From Eledone cirrhosa (Eukaryota): DNA of 64,000 nucleotides. Both the position numbers and the translations under genes were made by a program. A model generated the notes under the pieces. That model did no database searches. It was not told the DNA's origin and was given only the letters and a program-made list of their open reading frames with translations. Shown here in pieces: positions 1-13,379 of this stretch. Location: the NCBI GenBank assembly GCA_964016885.1, contig OZ024742.1:295430001-295494000 (forward strand), written 5' to 3'. Each line of letters begins with the position of its first letter. Positions within the stretch are counted from its first letter, which is position 1.

Positions 1-229
1 TGATAAAATACATCCAATACACTCCATAAAATGGTTAATGTTAGGAAGGGCAACAGTTGTAGAAACCATGCCCAAAAGGGTTGTGAGGACTCTTTAGTTG
101 TGTCAAGGACTTGACAATCCCACTAAGGTTGGTGCCGTAATCAAATGTTTTCAGTAAATTTTGTAAAGTGGTTGTTTTTAGAAAAGGCATCCAGTAGTAG
201 AAACTATACCCAGAACAGAACATATGAGC

Positions 230-935
230 AAGACATGGTTCTCCAGTCTATCCAGGAGGGTAGTAACTTTGATTAAAAATTCATACTATGATGACCCACC
301 CAACCCATGTCAGCATAGAAGGTGGACATAAAATGATGATAATGATGATGGAGGATCAAATAATGGAATTGCTTCATCTAGGAATCAAAAGTTGTATTAT
401 CATTATGATGTCATTTAGTCTCTGAATGGAGGGTAGATTGTATGATGACTGCATATAAAGTATGATGTTGAATGGTACTTAGACACGGGCAGTGAATGCA
501 TGAATGCAAAAGACATACAAAGGTTAGAGAAAAAAAAATCCAGTATGCTGTGTTTGATGTGTAATGCTAGTGTGCATAATGACATAAAAAGATGAGCTGA
601 GAGAACAACAGGACATATGAGGAATTAGATGTAGCATGCAAAAGATTGCACTGGTTTGGACAAATGATACATATGAATGATGATTGTTTTGGGGGTACAA
701 GTGCCAGGAAATTCACAGTGGAAGGAGCAGAAGAGGAGAACCAAGGAAAACTTGGACAGAAGTGGTGAGAGGTGAACATCGCAGAGGAGATGAAAAAATG
801 CAACAAGCTGAAATGCATAGATGATGATCATTAAGTGAAGAAGTGCCAAGAGTTCCTAGTAGAAGGAAGCTGGTTGAGATGACAAAGAAATGCAACAAAT
901 GGAGAGAAGTTGTGCTAGAGAAGTCCTGTTCAATA
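230..935 (+). mobile_element. Degenerate RTE LINE 3' ORF end and SINE/RTE tail remnants
   Basis: Decayed similarity to the RTE C-terminus (RLHWFG..M, GR..RKTW) and to the 'acccatg..catgga..ggac..aaatgatgat' tail seen in better copies. Part of it recurs at ~1855-2110. Confidence 0.6.
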
Positions 936-939
936 CATA

Positions 940-1838
940 CGAGGTGTGTCAGAAAAGTTCCAGGACTGATGTCACAAAAGATTTATTTCAAACCCAAACT
1001 TCACACTAAGAGTTTTCTCCTTCAAAGTAATCCCCCTGGAGTATGTAACTGTAATCTTAGCTCTCTGCAGCGATCAAACTTTTTTCTTCATAATTTTATA
1101 TACATGTCCTCTGTTTCAGGTCGTCAAGCAATGAGCACAGAGCAACGAACAAACTTGAAGTTTCTGGTACGGTTGGGGAAATCTCCACTGCAGCAAGTGT
1201 ATGGAGATGAGACGATGTCATGCTCACGTGTTTTTGAGTGGTGCAAGAGGTTTAAAGAAGGACGCAAGGACGTGGAAGATGACCCCAGAAGCGGAAGGCC
1301 CTCAACAACCAGGACTGAGGTCAATGTTGAGCATGTCAGGCAGATGGTGCGTAGCGATCATCGGCTGACTGTTCGACTGATGGCAAATGAGCTGGGCATG
1401 AATCGGGACAGCGTCTGGAAGATTCTCACTGAAGATTTGGACATGCGGAAAGTCTACGCGAAGATGGTGCCAAAACTGCTGAACGATGACCAGAAGGGTC
1501 GACGCATGAAAGTGTGCCAGGACATCCTCGAGTATCTTGAAACCGAACCAGACTTGCTAGGGACAGTCATCACCAGTGATGAGTCATGGATCTTCGAGTA
1601 CGACTCGGAGGGGACCCGTTTTGAAGACGTGGACGACATCAAAAAGGCCGTGATGATGGAACTGCGGAGGATCCCGGTAGAATCCTTCCATGAGTGCATG
1701 CAAGCATGGCAGAAAAGGATGGAAAAGTACATTAGACTCCAGGGGGATTACTTTGAAGGAGAAAACTCTTAGTGTGAAGTTTAGGTTTGAAATAAATCTT
1801 TTGTGACATCAGTCCTGGAACTTTTCTGACACACCTCG
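940..1838 (+). mobile_element. Mariner DNA transposon, internally deleted (non-autonomous)
   Basis: TA|cgaggtgtgtcagaaaagttccaggactg at the left end and its reverse complement ...cctcg|TA at the right end. Inverted repeats extend ~100 bp. Transposase remnant inside. Confidence 0.95.
1131..1772 (+). pseudogene. Mariner transposase with in-frame deletion of most of the DD34D catalytic domain
   Basis: Motifs EQRTNLKF, W..RFK.G..VED.PRSGRP, MVPKLL (WVPHEL box) and TSDESWIFEYD, jumping directly to C-terminal GTRFED...GDYFEG. The HDNA and YSPDL motifs are missing. Confidence 0.9.
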
Positions 1839-2489
1839 TATAAATACTGAAACATATAGATGATGATCATTAAGTGAAGAAGTGTTAAGAGTTCCCAGTG
1901 GAAGGAAGCTTCAGTAGAGGAAAACCAAGGAAAACCTGGGTGAGATGACAAAGAAATGCAGCAAGTTGAGGGAAGTTGTGCTGGAGCTGACCCATCCAAA
2001 CTATACGGGCATTGAAAAGTGGATGTAAAAACGATAATGAGACTGATGAGTGAAATGGAATGGCTTCATCTAAGGAATCAAAAGTTGTATTATCAATATG
2101 ATACCATGTGTAATGAAAGTAAAGGAAACAGCACACAAATCAATATTTAATCAGATCAATAAATTCTGGTATTTATTATTGAAGGCTATAATTAATTTAA
2201 TGTATAACATTCTTAGTTTTTATTAAAACAGTCCAATACAAGATATTCCAATCAATTTGATATATATTTGTTATTTATTTATTTATCATCATCATCATCA
2301 TTATCATCATCATCATTATCTTCATCATTATTATTATTATCGTTATTATTATTCAAAGTAATTAGTAATTATGATTTTATCACTTCAAAGCTTACTATTT
2401 CAAAGTAAGAGAGTGGTACACACACACACACTAGATAAAGCTAAATATTAGAAGGTAAATTATATCATTACAAAATGTTGGCAAATATC

Positions 2490-2775
2490 AACACATACAT
2501 ACATGCATACAGATACACACATACATCCATGCACACATACATACACACACACACATACATACATACACACACACACACGCACACACACACACATACATGC
2601 ATACATACATACACACACAAACATACACAAACATACATACATACATACACACACAAACATACATACACACACAAACATGCATACATACATGCATACATAC
2701 ACACATACACACACATATATACATACATACATACACACACATATACATATAAACACACACATATACATATAAACA
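2490..2775. repeat. (CA)n/(TACA)n compound microsatellite
   Basis: Directly visible. Source of the spurious HT/YI/CV ORFs. Confidence 0.95.
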
Positions 2776-4595
2776 ATCTGAAATCAAATTATATTCTTCA
2801 ACGCCACAGAATGAGAGAACAGAATAAAATAAGATAGAAGATACCCACACCAACACAGCCACACTCATTTATTGAAGATAAATATTAAGCATACAATACG
2901 ATTATCCTGTCTGTCTATCTACCTGTCTATCAGTGTGTGTGTGCATGTGTGTGTGTGTGTGGAATACACTAAATATCAATAAAAGTGAAATTTAAACCAC
3001 TATAGAAATTAAAGAATCTAGATACTGTGTTTCCCATCTTTTACTTAGCTAATTCTAAATAAGTAAAAAAATGATAATGGAATATTTTGAAAAAGAAACA
3101 ATTCTTGTGAAGCAGTGGATATGTTTTGTATACATATCAACATTTGAGTTTATTGTTTGCCAAAAGCTTGAAGAATTTTTGTTTTTACCAAGAGATGTTT
3201 TGAAACATCCAATTCCATAAGGTATTTCTATAATGCTATGAAAGAGCTTTTATCTTATTTTTATTCATTTGGAATTATTTGTACAGTCCTTGGTCTTAGA
3301 AACATAGTTGTAAAGTGTTTTGTTACACAAAATTTAGACCTTAAGTATTTAAAAAACATAAACAGCTTTGAATTACATTAAGTTGTAATAAAGAGTATGG
3401 ATGTGCCTATAAAGTGTAACATTTCTGTTATACTACAACAATAACAACAACCATTTTTACCCTATCCTCCGAATCTATCTTCAACATCTTTAACCATGTT
3501 TTTCTTTATTTTCTTCTTCCTCTATTTCCTTCCAAATTCATTTCCATCACTCTTCTCATCCAAGTCATTTTCATCATTCCTCAACACATACTCCAACTAT
3601 CTCATTTCATTTGGCTTCACAACATACAACACTGGCTCTTTTCATCAGTTGGCTTTGTGGGTCCCCATGACAAGCTTCTCTATTTCTCCCTTTCTCTTGC
3701 ATCTCCATCCCCCAAATTTCCTCCTCTGTCATCTTTAGGCATGTCTTTCTTGTTCTTCCACTTACTCTACTTCCTTCCACATTAATTTCCATCATCCTTC
3801 TCAGCCAATTATTTTCATCTGCACTCAACACATAACCCAACCATTTCATTCCAGGGGTGGTGGAAGCATTTCTGAAATGTAGGGGTGGGATGGGGGGGGG
3901 GACAAATTTGGTCAATTTAGTTGTAAGTGATTAGTTTAGCTGTTATCAAATATTAACCAAGATATAAAAAACTTTGATATGTGATAAACATAACATGTAC
4001 ATAAATTGTAGCTCATATACAAATAGATGTGTGTTTTGGTAGTTTGGAGAGAAAATATATAATCATTGGAGAGGGGGGAAACATGGCCCCCTGGCCTCCC
4101 AGTTCCACTGCCTCTGCATTCCATTTTTCTTCACAACATTCATCACTGGTTCTATTCTCATCATATTTTGCAATTTATAGCTAGTCTTATTCTCCCTAAA
4201 CAATGCTCTGCTCATCTATCAGACCTTTCTTATTTCCAATGTTTCTAGCCTTCTCTGTTGATTCATGTTTATCACCCATGCCTTGCACCCATAAATCATG
4301 GTACTTCTTACACATAAGCATCACTTCTCTGTTCAGTTTTGGTGTCACTCCCCTCTTCATTAGTTCACTGTTCAGTTATGAAAGAGCATTTATTATTTTA
4401 AATTATTTATTCTGTTCTTGGTTTTCAAAATATAAATCGTAAAGTGTTTTGTTATACAATTTGACATTTTAAATATTTAAAGAAAATATAAATTGTGCTG
4501 AGATTTGTTCAGTTGTAATAGTATACACTATGAAATACACATGTGCCTAGATAGTGTAAAATTTCTGGTATTGAATACAACTATCAGCAAGAGTT

Positions 4596-4824
4596 TTAAC
4601 ACTTTAGCATTTACATTACTTACTCTATATTTACAATTGTATTTTTGTGGTAAAGGCTTTACCTCATATAATTATCTCATATAATATCGAATCTCTCAGA
4701 TTTTGATGTTATTTTGAGACCAATATTTTAACATCAGTATGAGTGGCCAGTTACAAGCAGTTTGAACAGAAAGAGGTGAGAGAATTCTGGCTGGATATAG
4801 CTGGTTAAAATGCTAAAGGGTTAA
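4596..4824 (+). mobile_element. piggyBac-like MITE family A
   Basis: TTAA-c(a/c)ctttagcattt ... aaatgctaaaggg-TTAA termini. Further copies at 40094-40341 (+), ~6145-6361 (-) and ~7940-8065 (-, partial). Confidence 0.7.
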
Positions 4825-5529
4825 GACTATCTTTCCAGCTAAAGCAAAGGTGAGTTTTGCAGGGCATCATTGCATGTTTCTCCATTTTGCCTTATCTTCT
4901 ACATCCCTTTCACCAATTCCCTGGCTATCATATATAAACTTGTCCTTAGTTTATCCTTTTCCCTACTTTCTTCCATATTCATTTTCACCCCTTTCACCCT
5001 GTCACTTTCACCCTTCTTCAAAACATGAACCAGACATCACATTCAGTTTTCTTCACAACATTCAACACTGGTTTGATTCCAATATTCCTCTGCAATTAAT
5101 TGTTTCTCTTTTTTTCTCCCTGAGAAATACTCCATTCTTGGTTTTAGAAATATAATTACAAAATGTTTTGTTACACAGAACTTGACATCAAAAGTACTTA
5201 ACCTCTTAATAGAAGTCAGCAAAAGACAGCCCTGTTCTATTATACAAAACCATCTATCTTAATGTATTCATAATTAGATTTTATTTCATTGTATTATTCA
5301 CAGTTGTATAAATAACATTACAAGTTGTATAAATAACATTACAAATTGTTTATAATTTTTACAGAATGAAAATATAAATACATAATAAATACAATTAATT
5401 ATTGCTAGGAACCTCACAAATGTAATGCACAAAAATATATGGTCATGACGAGAAAATAAAAAAAAATAAAAACAACCATCAATTCACCATCAAATATGAC
5501 AATCGGCTGCCCACCACAAGGGTCAATGG

Positions 5530-5965
5530 AAAATTTTAAGGCAAGCCAACATGCTTGCAGTATTACCGTGGGTGATGGTGAGGCTAAGGCACTGAAATAA
5601 ACAGGTACCTTCATGTACATCCCCTGACACCTTGGTAAGGCAAGCTGCTAACGATGATAAGAACTTCACTGTCAGTGATCCAGCTCCACCAAACATCTCG
5701 AATGCCACAAATGGAAAAAATAGTTATTTGATAGTTCCTGGCATTTTAGGATTTCATTCCATTCAGCAATAGAAGCTGTGACTTTCACATTTACTGTAGC
5801 ATTCATGAGATGTGGGAGGGGGCAAAAGTGTCACTGACTGTGGTATCCCAGATGAGACACCTACCTCTTACCCAGGGACAAAGGGTAAGACCATCTGGTC
5901 TTTTCAATCAATTCTGGATAATCCAGCCATTCCCAGAACTGAGGGGATATTTACCCAAGCTAAGG
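5530..5965 (-). pseudogene. CRE-like non-LTR retrotransposon C-terminal restriction-like endonuclease fragment
   Basis: Minus translation [26 protein letters not shown] ... FE(M)FGGAG...GDVHE..LFQCLSLTITHGNTASML matches the RPDG..PW..G..L.WD.T / QRLS.AIQRGNA pattern of CRE-type elements. Confidence 0.75.
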
Positions 5966-6012
5966 CCCACTTAATGATCAGATTTAAATCTATAATAATA
6001 AGATTTTATTTT

Positions 6013-7590
6013 ATTTAGCTATGTTTTAAATACACATATTTAGAATGTTAATTATTTTACAAAAGCCCTCCAAAGTTTTGATTTTTCTAAAAATTAATTG
6101 AAGCCCATGAGTAATAAAATTCCATAAGAAATGTAGTCACATGAGGGTTTAGCACTTAAACCGGCTGTATCCAGTCAGAATTCTCTCACCTCTTTCTGTT
6201 CAAACTGGTTGCCACCAGTGGCTCATATTGATGTTATTCTCAAAATAAATAATATCAAAATCTTGTAGATTCGATATTATATGAGATAATTATGTGAGGT
6301 AAAACCTTTACCATGAAAATATAGTAGTATATATAGAGTAATGTAAATGATAAAGTGTTAAAGAAAAGAAAAACAGTTTTCAGTAAAGCTAAATGGTAAT
6401 ATAGAATACAGAAAGAGCAAAATTTGTGTTATCTCTAGGGTAAAAACAATTATTATTCTATAGAAACAAATACATTTAAGATAAATTCTAACCATCATTA
6501 CCATTGCTACCAAAATTTTACACCTGCTTCCAATATTGGCATAGGTTGGATGGATCATGATGGTCCAAGACTAGATGGATCAAAGAGACCGCATCTCACT
6601 CATACATTCAATGTGGTTTCTACAGCTTGATGCCTTTACTAATGCCAAACACTTTCCCGTGTGTACTGGGTGTATTTTGTTGTGACCCAGTACAGTTGTG
6701 TGTATTTATTTGTGATTCTTTTATATAAGATTGTTTAGGCAACAGAATCAAACAAACTCACAAGAAATTTAAGCTTCTTTTTACCATATTCCTTATGAAG
6801 GACACTGCCTATGCTTTTCACATAATTCTATAAATAATTAAGAATTTCGAGGGACTCAATAATATAACTAACTTTCTCATTATTTTTAAGCTGGTGTTTG
6901 GAACATAACTTAACAAAGGTTCTTATATAAAATTATAATGGAATGATTTTAGATAAATATAAACATTTTAAAATAAGCAGTTTTGTATAAAAAAAAACAG
7001 GCACAGCTTCAAGCAATTTGGTATCAAAAGGTTTAAAGAAAACAGAAAAAAATAGCTTTTAGTTATGCTCGGTTGTGATATAGAGTGCAGAACACAGATG
7101 TGCCTAGAAAATATAAAATTTCTCTTATCTTTGGGACAAAAATAAATTAAAATTTATATACATAAAAAAAAGTTGAAAATAAATTCTAACTATTTGAGTT
7201 GTGTGCATTTATTTATGTGCTTCACTTGTCATATATATACATGATTATTCTGGCAACAGAATCAAACATAAGCATATTAGAACATTCTGGAAACTCATGA
7301 GGAATTCAAACCAATTCCTATAGAAATATATTCTATTTGGTTCAGTCAAAGCATTAGATAAAAACTCCAAGAAGAATAATGGTAAAATAAAACTTATTCT
7401 TTTACAGGGCATATATTACCATTTTTAATCCTTACTGAAACCTACTTTAAAACATGCAAGGAATTCCAGGATATAAACCAAACTTTAACAATATCTTCAT
7501 GCTAAAGTGAAGAATGCTTGCATATTAAGGGTTATGTAAGTCAGGAAAGCTTACATTCTATAAAAAACTCAGTTTAATCTACTGTATATG

Positions 7591-7669
<79 letters not shown>

Positions 7670-8063
7670 GTAGATTGAAAAGTTCATAGGCTTACTATCA
7701 AGGAGTGATGCTTGAACTGTGAAATCTTGCATGCATTAATTTCAACTCTTCTTATTAATAAATGAATTGTTTCTTTCCAAGGTCTATGTTGAAAAATAAA
7801 CCTCATTTAGCTATGTTTTAAATACACATGTTTAGAATGTTAATTATTTTACAAAAGCCCTCCAAAGTTTTGATTTTTCTAAAAATTAATTGAAGCCTAT
7901 GAGTAATAAAATTCCATAAGAAATGTAGTCACATGACGGTTAACCCTTTAGCACTTAAACCGGCTGTATCCAGTCAGAATTCTCTCACCTCTTTTTGTTC
8001 AAACTGGCTGCTACCAGTGGCTCATATTGATGTTAAGGTATTGTTCTCAAAATAAATAATATC
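6013..8063 (+). repeat. Local ~250 bp direct duplication (6013-6260 and 7805-8063)
   Basis: Both copies start atttagctatgttttaaatacaca and are near identical, including part of MITE A. Confidence 0.85.
7585..7667. repeat. (TA)n microsatellite followed by a mariner-like terminus remnant
   Basis: Pure TA run, then tatgggtagattgaaaagttc resembling a mariner TIR. Confidence 0.8.
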
Positions 8064-8394
8064 AACAACTTCCCTAGTGCTGATATCACAATAAAAAGCA
8101 CATCATATACTCTGTAAGGTATTTGATATTAGGAAGAATATCCAGCTGCAAAGAACATGCTAAAATAGAATGTAACTCAGCAAGATAAGGTCCCCTAACA
8201 TGCCTAGAAAAACTATAGCTCCCATTAAGTACAGACCTGGTTTGTAATGACCTGTTATACCTATGCCAACATAGAAAAATGTATGAATAATGTTGATGAT
8301 GATGATTATGACAAGGATGAATCTACTGAGATTTGAATTATCTAACTCAAATTATTTCTTAAGATTATGTAAGAATTAAAAAAATATGCTAGGT

Positions 8395-8680
8395 GTTCAT
8401 ATTGAGAAATCACAACTCTGATACTATGGACATGTGGTTAGAATGTCTCAGGAAAGAATTGCTGGACAGATTTTACGGGCGAAACCAACCGGTAGGAGAC
8501 CCAGGGGTAGATCCTGAGCAAGATGGTTGGATAACATCCATGAACTCAGATGGTCACGCTTGGGGATCCAGATGGATCAATTGGAGATGGCTGTTTCTCA
8601 TAGGACCTGCTGGAAGGAGTGTTTGAGGACTCTGTCCCCACGACCATCTCAGGAATAAGTGGGTGAAAAGGAAGAAGAAA
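8395..8680 (+). mobile_element. Degenerate RTE-clade 3' fragment (different family)
   Basis: Translates ~QL.YYGHVVRMSQERIAGQILRAKPTGRRPRGR..RWLDNI. A related antisense remnant lies at ~15650-15780. Confidence 0.65.
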
Positions 8681-9749
8681 AAAAGAAAGAAAATATTGTA
8701 TGCTACTTAAAAATAAACATATTTTAATGAACAACAATATTTCCACTAAGATGTTTGGAGTCAATTATATAAATTGTTTCTGCCACTATTCGTGAACTTT
8801 CTTTGTGATTCAAAACTCAACGACAGAATCTTAGAAATTGAATTTAATTTCTTTTCTTTTAAAAATATATCCAACTCAAATAAAAGATAAAATACACAAA
8901 AGAACACAATAACAAACAATTTATCTGTAAAGATTTTATAGGTTATCAACATTCCTGCTTTAATTAATTCGTTATATACACGGAGAGACTAATCATTTCT
9001 TTTGCTTTGTTTTCATAGAATAAGCGCAAAAAATTTAATTAATCCACTTAAATGACTTCATTCAATAATTAATCAAACTATTAGTAAGGATTTTGATTAT
9101 TTTGATTCTATAAATGTTATTTAATAATCTTGCAGAGATGTGGAAAATAAATTAAAAACAGAAAATGTTACAAAAAAATATTAAGTATGTATAAGTATCA
9201 TCATCATCATCGTTTCACGTCTATCTTCCACGCTAGCATGGGTTAGATGGGAGTTGTGCCACTTGAGGCAAGGTTGGTCAGGTGACCGTGTCTCGCTCAT
9301 ATAGGACTATCTGGCAGGCTTTCTACGGCTGGATGCCCTTCCTAACACCAACCACATTTACAGTGTGGAACTGGGAACTTTTTACCGTGTTACCTACACG
9401 GCCACATTACAGCGTGGACTGTGAGTATATATATATATATATATAAGTATATATATATAAGTATATATTTAAGTATATATAAGTATATATATAAGTATAT
9501 ATATAAGTATATATATATAAGTATATATATAAGTATATATATATATATATAGAAAGAAAGAGAGAGAGATAAGTAAAATCTTGACCACAATGTCAAGCAG
9601 TGTCAGCTTGTGTGTTCAACAAACTGAAACCACTTGGCACTGCAGTCAAGATTTTACATATCCCTACACCCACTCTACATATCTACATGTATTGAGTACT
9701 CACATGACTAGTGTTCTCTTCAGTCTCAGCACCTCAGACTCTCTCTCTC

Positions 9750-11035
9750 TACATCAAGGTTCTGTCCTCAGCCCACTCTTGTCCTCCAGGCCATAACAGA
9801 GGAGTTAAGACTGGGTGCCCATGGGAACTTCTCTATGCTGATGATCTGGTTCTTATAGTAGAATCAGTAAAGGAGCTAGAGAATAAATTCTGGCTGTGGA
9901 GACAGCAGTTGGAATCAAGAGGCCTGAGAGTGAACATAGCTAAAACAAAGGCGTTGATAAGTAGAAGAGAGGACAATACTCTGATTCCATTAGGGAAATG
10001 GCCATGTTCGATATGTAGGAAAGGATCTGGTGTAAATTCCATAAAATGTACGCAATGCAGATCTTGGGTACACAAGAGATGTAGTGGGATAGCAGGCAAA
10101 CTAACAGGTAGGGAAAACTACGTATACAGTAGATATACAGGGAATGTTGGCAGTAGTAATCGCTGTGATAGACTCATTTTTCCAATGCAGGTGGGTTCTA
10201 TAAAAGTGGTTGATAGCTTCCGGTACCTAGGTGATCAGATTAGCATGGGAGGGGGGTGTTCCGAGGCCATAGTATCTAGAATAAGGACGGGTTGGAAGAA
10301 GTTTAGGGAGCTGCTTCGTCTGTTGATAAAGAAGGGTTTCTCCCTGCGTACAAAAGGACGGTTATATGATGCCTGTGTGAGATGCACGATGCTGCATGGT
10401 AGTGAGACATGGGCAGCAACTGCAGAAGATATGTGACGTCTGGAGAGAAATGAAGCAAGTATGCTCCATTGGATGTGCAATATCAATGACCAAGCATAGA
10501 CAAGTCGAGAAAGAAACTGGGTATAAGAAGGATAAGTTGTGGTGTGCAGGAGAGAAGGCTGAGATGGTATGGACATGTGATGCGCATGGAGGATGACCAA
10601 TGGGTGAAGAAGTGCCAGGAAGTTCCAGTGGAGGGAAGACGCAGTAGAGGTAGACCACGAAAAACATGGGTGGAGGTGGTGCGAGCAGACCTCAGATCGC
10701 TGAAACTCACCGAGGAGATGACGAAGGACTGTGACAAGTGGAGAGATGCTGTGCTGAATAGGACCCATCCAACCCTTGCAAGCAGGGAAAAGCGGACATA
10801 TGATGATGATGATGATGGCCCACACTGTAAAGTGGTTATGTAGGTATCATGACAAAAAGCACCCAGCACACACTGTAAATGTGATTGGCATTAGGAAGGG
10901 TATCCATCCATAGAAACCAAGCCAGAAAGAGTTCCATGTAAACAAGACATGGTCCCTGACCCAACTTGCCTCAAGTGAGACAACCCATGCTAGCATGGAA
11001 AAATGGGATGTTAGACGGTGATGATGATGATGATT
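9750..11035 (+). mobile_element. 5'-truncated RTE LINE with 3' tail and attached SINE/UTR tail
   Basis: HQGSVLSP, LLYADD, FRYLG, LHGSETW, RRLRWYGHV, RGRPRKTW, with frameshifts and stops. Ends in (ATG)n tails. Confidence 0.92.
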
Positions 11036-11037
11036 AT

Positions 11038-11070
<33 letters not shown>

Positions 11071-11214
11071 TATATATACAGTCATTATGTCATTACTACC
11101 ACAGAGACCCGACGAGCTTTTGATTCCAGAGTTGGGTCAGATCAATACCGATTGAACCTTGAGCTGATCAGTAGCGAAACGCGCGTCACCAACCAATAAA
11201 TGTAATGAAGGAGT

Positions 11215-11915
11215 AACCATTCATCCTTAGGTCTTTACGAAGGTCCGACTTCCACACCAATCTCAAGCTGTGGCATGCTGCCCAGGCTTTGCTCTTCCTC
11301 TCAACCACATCATCTTCCGTATTCCCAATCGTTGCTCCCAAATACAGGAAGTTGTCAACCAATTCTAGCGGCTTCCTGCCTACATTAATAATCTTCTCTG
11401 GCTTCTTAATATTCTCTACCAGATATTTCGTCTTAATCTAATACATTCTCAGCCCCACACTCATCGACACAGTCTCAACCTCCTGCATCAAATCCTGAAA
11501 ATCCGCCTCTTCATTGCTGTAGTGGAGTATGTGCTGCTGTACGGGTCTGAGACTTGGACACTGACCAAGAAACTGACTCAGATGGTGGATGGGTGTTACA
11601 CGAGAATACTGAGGATGGCTCTGAACATTAATCAGTATACACTGAGGATGAAAAACTCAGAGCTGTATGGGAGCCTCCCAAAAGTCAGCTCAAAAGTGAC
11701 ACAGAGGAGACGGAGGCTGGCTGGACATGCTCACCGACATCCAGAGTTGACATTGTACTCAGTGGACACACTGGAAGAGGAAGACCAAGGTTAACGTATG
11801 TTGATGCCCTAAGGACAGACACTGGTCTATTGGAGACGCAGGACATGGCAGCGATAATGAGGGACAGGGACCGCTGGAGAGAACTCGTCCATGGATCTTG
11901 GGAATTTTACCCGCC
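11215..11915. mobile_element. RTE-clade LINE fragment with 5' inversion
   Basis: 11215-11520 on minus encodes ..KTKYL..VDNFLYLG..AWAACHSLRLVWKSDL. 11521-11900 on plus continues VEYVLLYGSETWTLT..RRRLAGH. Confidence 0.8.
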
Positions 11916-12445
11916 CTAGATAAATAGATATATATATTCAAAATGGAGGCACACAGGATAACGACAACAGAAAAAACACCGAAAAACGGACAGTCCCATC
12001 TCGTCAGTCAACCTCTGGAAATCACTACAGTAGGACACAACAGCCTCCCTATTACACTCAGTTAGGTAGTTGGTGTTATGAAGGACATCCAGTTGTAAAA
12101 ACCATGGAATGTGTATAAGCATGATGTGGCGCCTGCCCCATCTGGGATGACAGTAGTTCTGACTAAGTAGGAATTGGTCTGTAATGACCCATTCAACTCA
12201 TGTCAGTATGGAAAAACAGACAGGTGATGATGATGATAACAATGATGATGATGATGGTAATGTTGATGAAAGTATTGATTTTTGGTTTGGAACATTGTGT
12301 TGTGTTTCTGTTGGAACTTAATGAGAAAGCTCACACACACACACACATATATGTATATATACACACATATATATACACACACATGCATATGTATATTTAT
12401 ATATATATATACACACACACACACATATATATATGTATATATATA

Positions 12446-12478
<33 letters not shown>

Positions 12479-13169
12479 ATATACATATATATATTCATTC
12501 ACATATATATACATTATACTAGCGATGATCAAGTCAACTTGTCATCAGTTATTCAGAACAGTTAAACTAGTTCTTTTTTCTTCCTCAGTGTAAAACTCTG
12601 TTCCAGTTTTATGTGAAATTAATGCATAAAACCAGTTGACCTAGCATTTTATTGAAATATCCAATGAAATACTTTACTGGGAGGAAAATAGAAATGAAAA
12701 TCAATGCGTTCAGAATCGTAATCTGTTGCCAAAAGTTTTAATGGTTAATAGAAAATAAAATTTGATTGCTTGAAGAAAAGGAAGCAAAACAATTTAAAGT
12801 TTGATTTGCCAATATTTTGTAAGCCATTACATCAGTATTATTGTTTCCACACATTCCATTTATAAATACAGAACTTTCTGTTTTGTTTCCATTTAATCTG
12901 GGAGTGTTGAACCTTTTACTTATGAGAGGCTTGGTCATTCATTCATGCTTCGTCTCTATCTATTTCCTTCTCTCTCTCTCTCTCAGACACAAACATCTTA
13001 TTATCTTTCAAGTGACTGGTGGGCATTAATTATATACCACAGCACAAATCTCAGTAAACTTTTTATTAAGAACTTGGACAGTATAAGTTAAATAACTTGC
13101 CTCTATCCTCCCCCCAAATGACGTAAAAGCACCCAAACTATTTCCATTATGCCTGCAGAAATATTTTGA

Positions 13170-13320
13170 TAATAATAATAATTGTTTCTAGTCAATAAAC
13201 TCGATCCCAGTACTTACTGGTGCTTTATTTTATTGGCCCTGTAAGGATGAACGCCAAAGCTAACCTCGGCGGGATTTGAACTCAGAACGTAAAGGGCCGT
13301 AACTCTATGATGCTTACGAC
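13170..13320 (-). mobile_element. tRNA-derived SINE family 2 (Meta-like central domain), partial
   Basis: Minus strand gttctgagttcaaatcccgccgaggtta.ctttg..ttcatcc...aaataaag.accagt, with B-box GTTCAAATC. The domain name is from memory. Confidence 0.6.
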
Positions 13321-13379
13321 ATGATAATAATAATAATAACACTAACAACACATTTGGGGATAAGTTTTTGACCAATTTT

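Noticed and set aside
843-1130. N-terminal extension of the 309-aa ORF as a fusion gene
   Set aside because: Chance read-through of decayed RTE sequence and the mariner TIR from a non-ATG start.
2460-2868. Long His/Thr/Tyr/Ile/Cys/Val-rich ORFs (also near 12200, 17657, 24016, 48437, 51820)
   Set aside because: Translations of dinucleotide microsatellites.
11105-11195. Hammerhead candidate CCGACGA gct...agc GAAA cgcgcg TC
   Set aside because: The GAAACGCGCGTC half is suggestive, but helix I does not pair and the core deviates. Not called.
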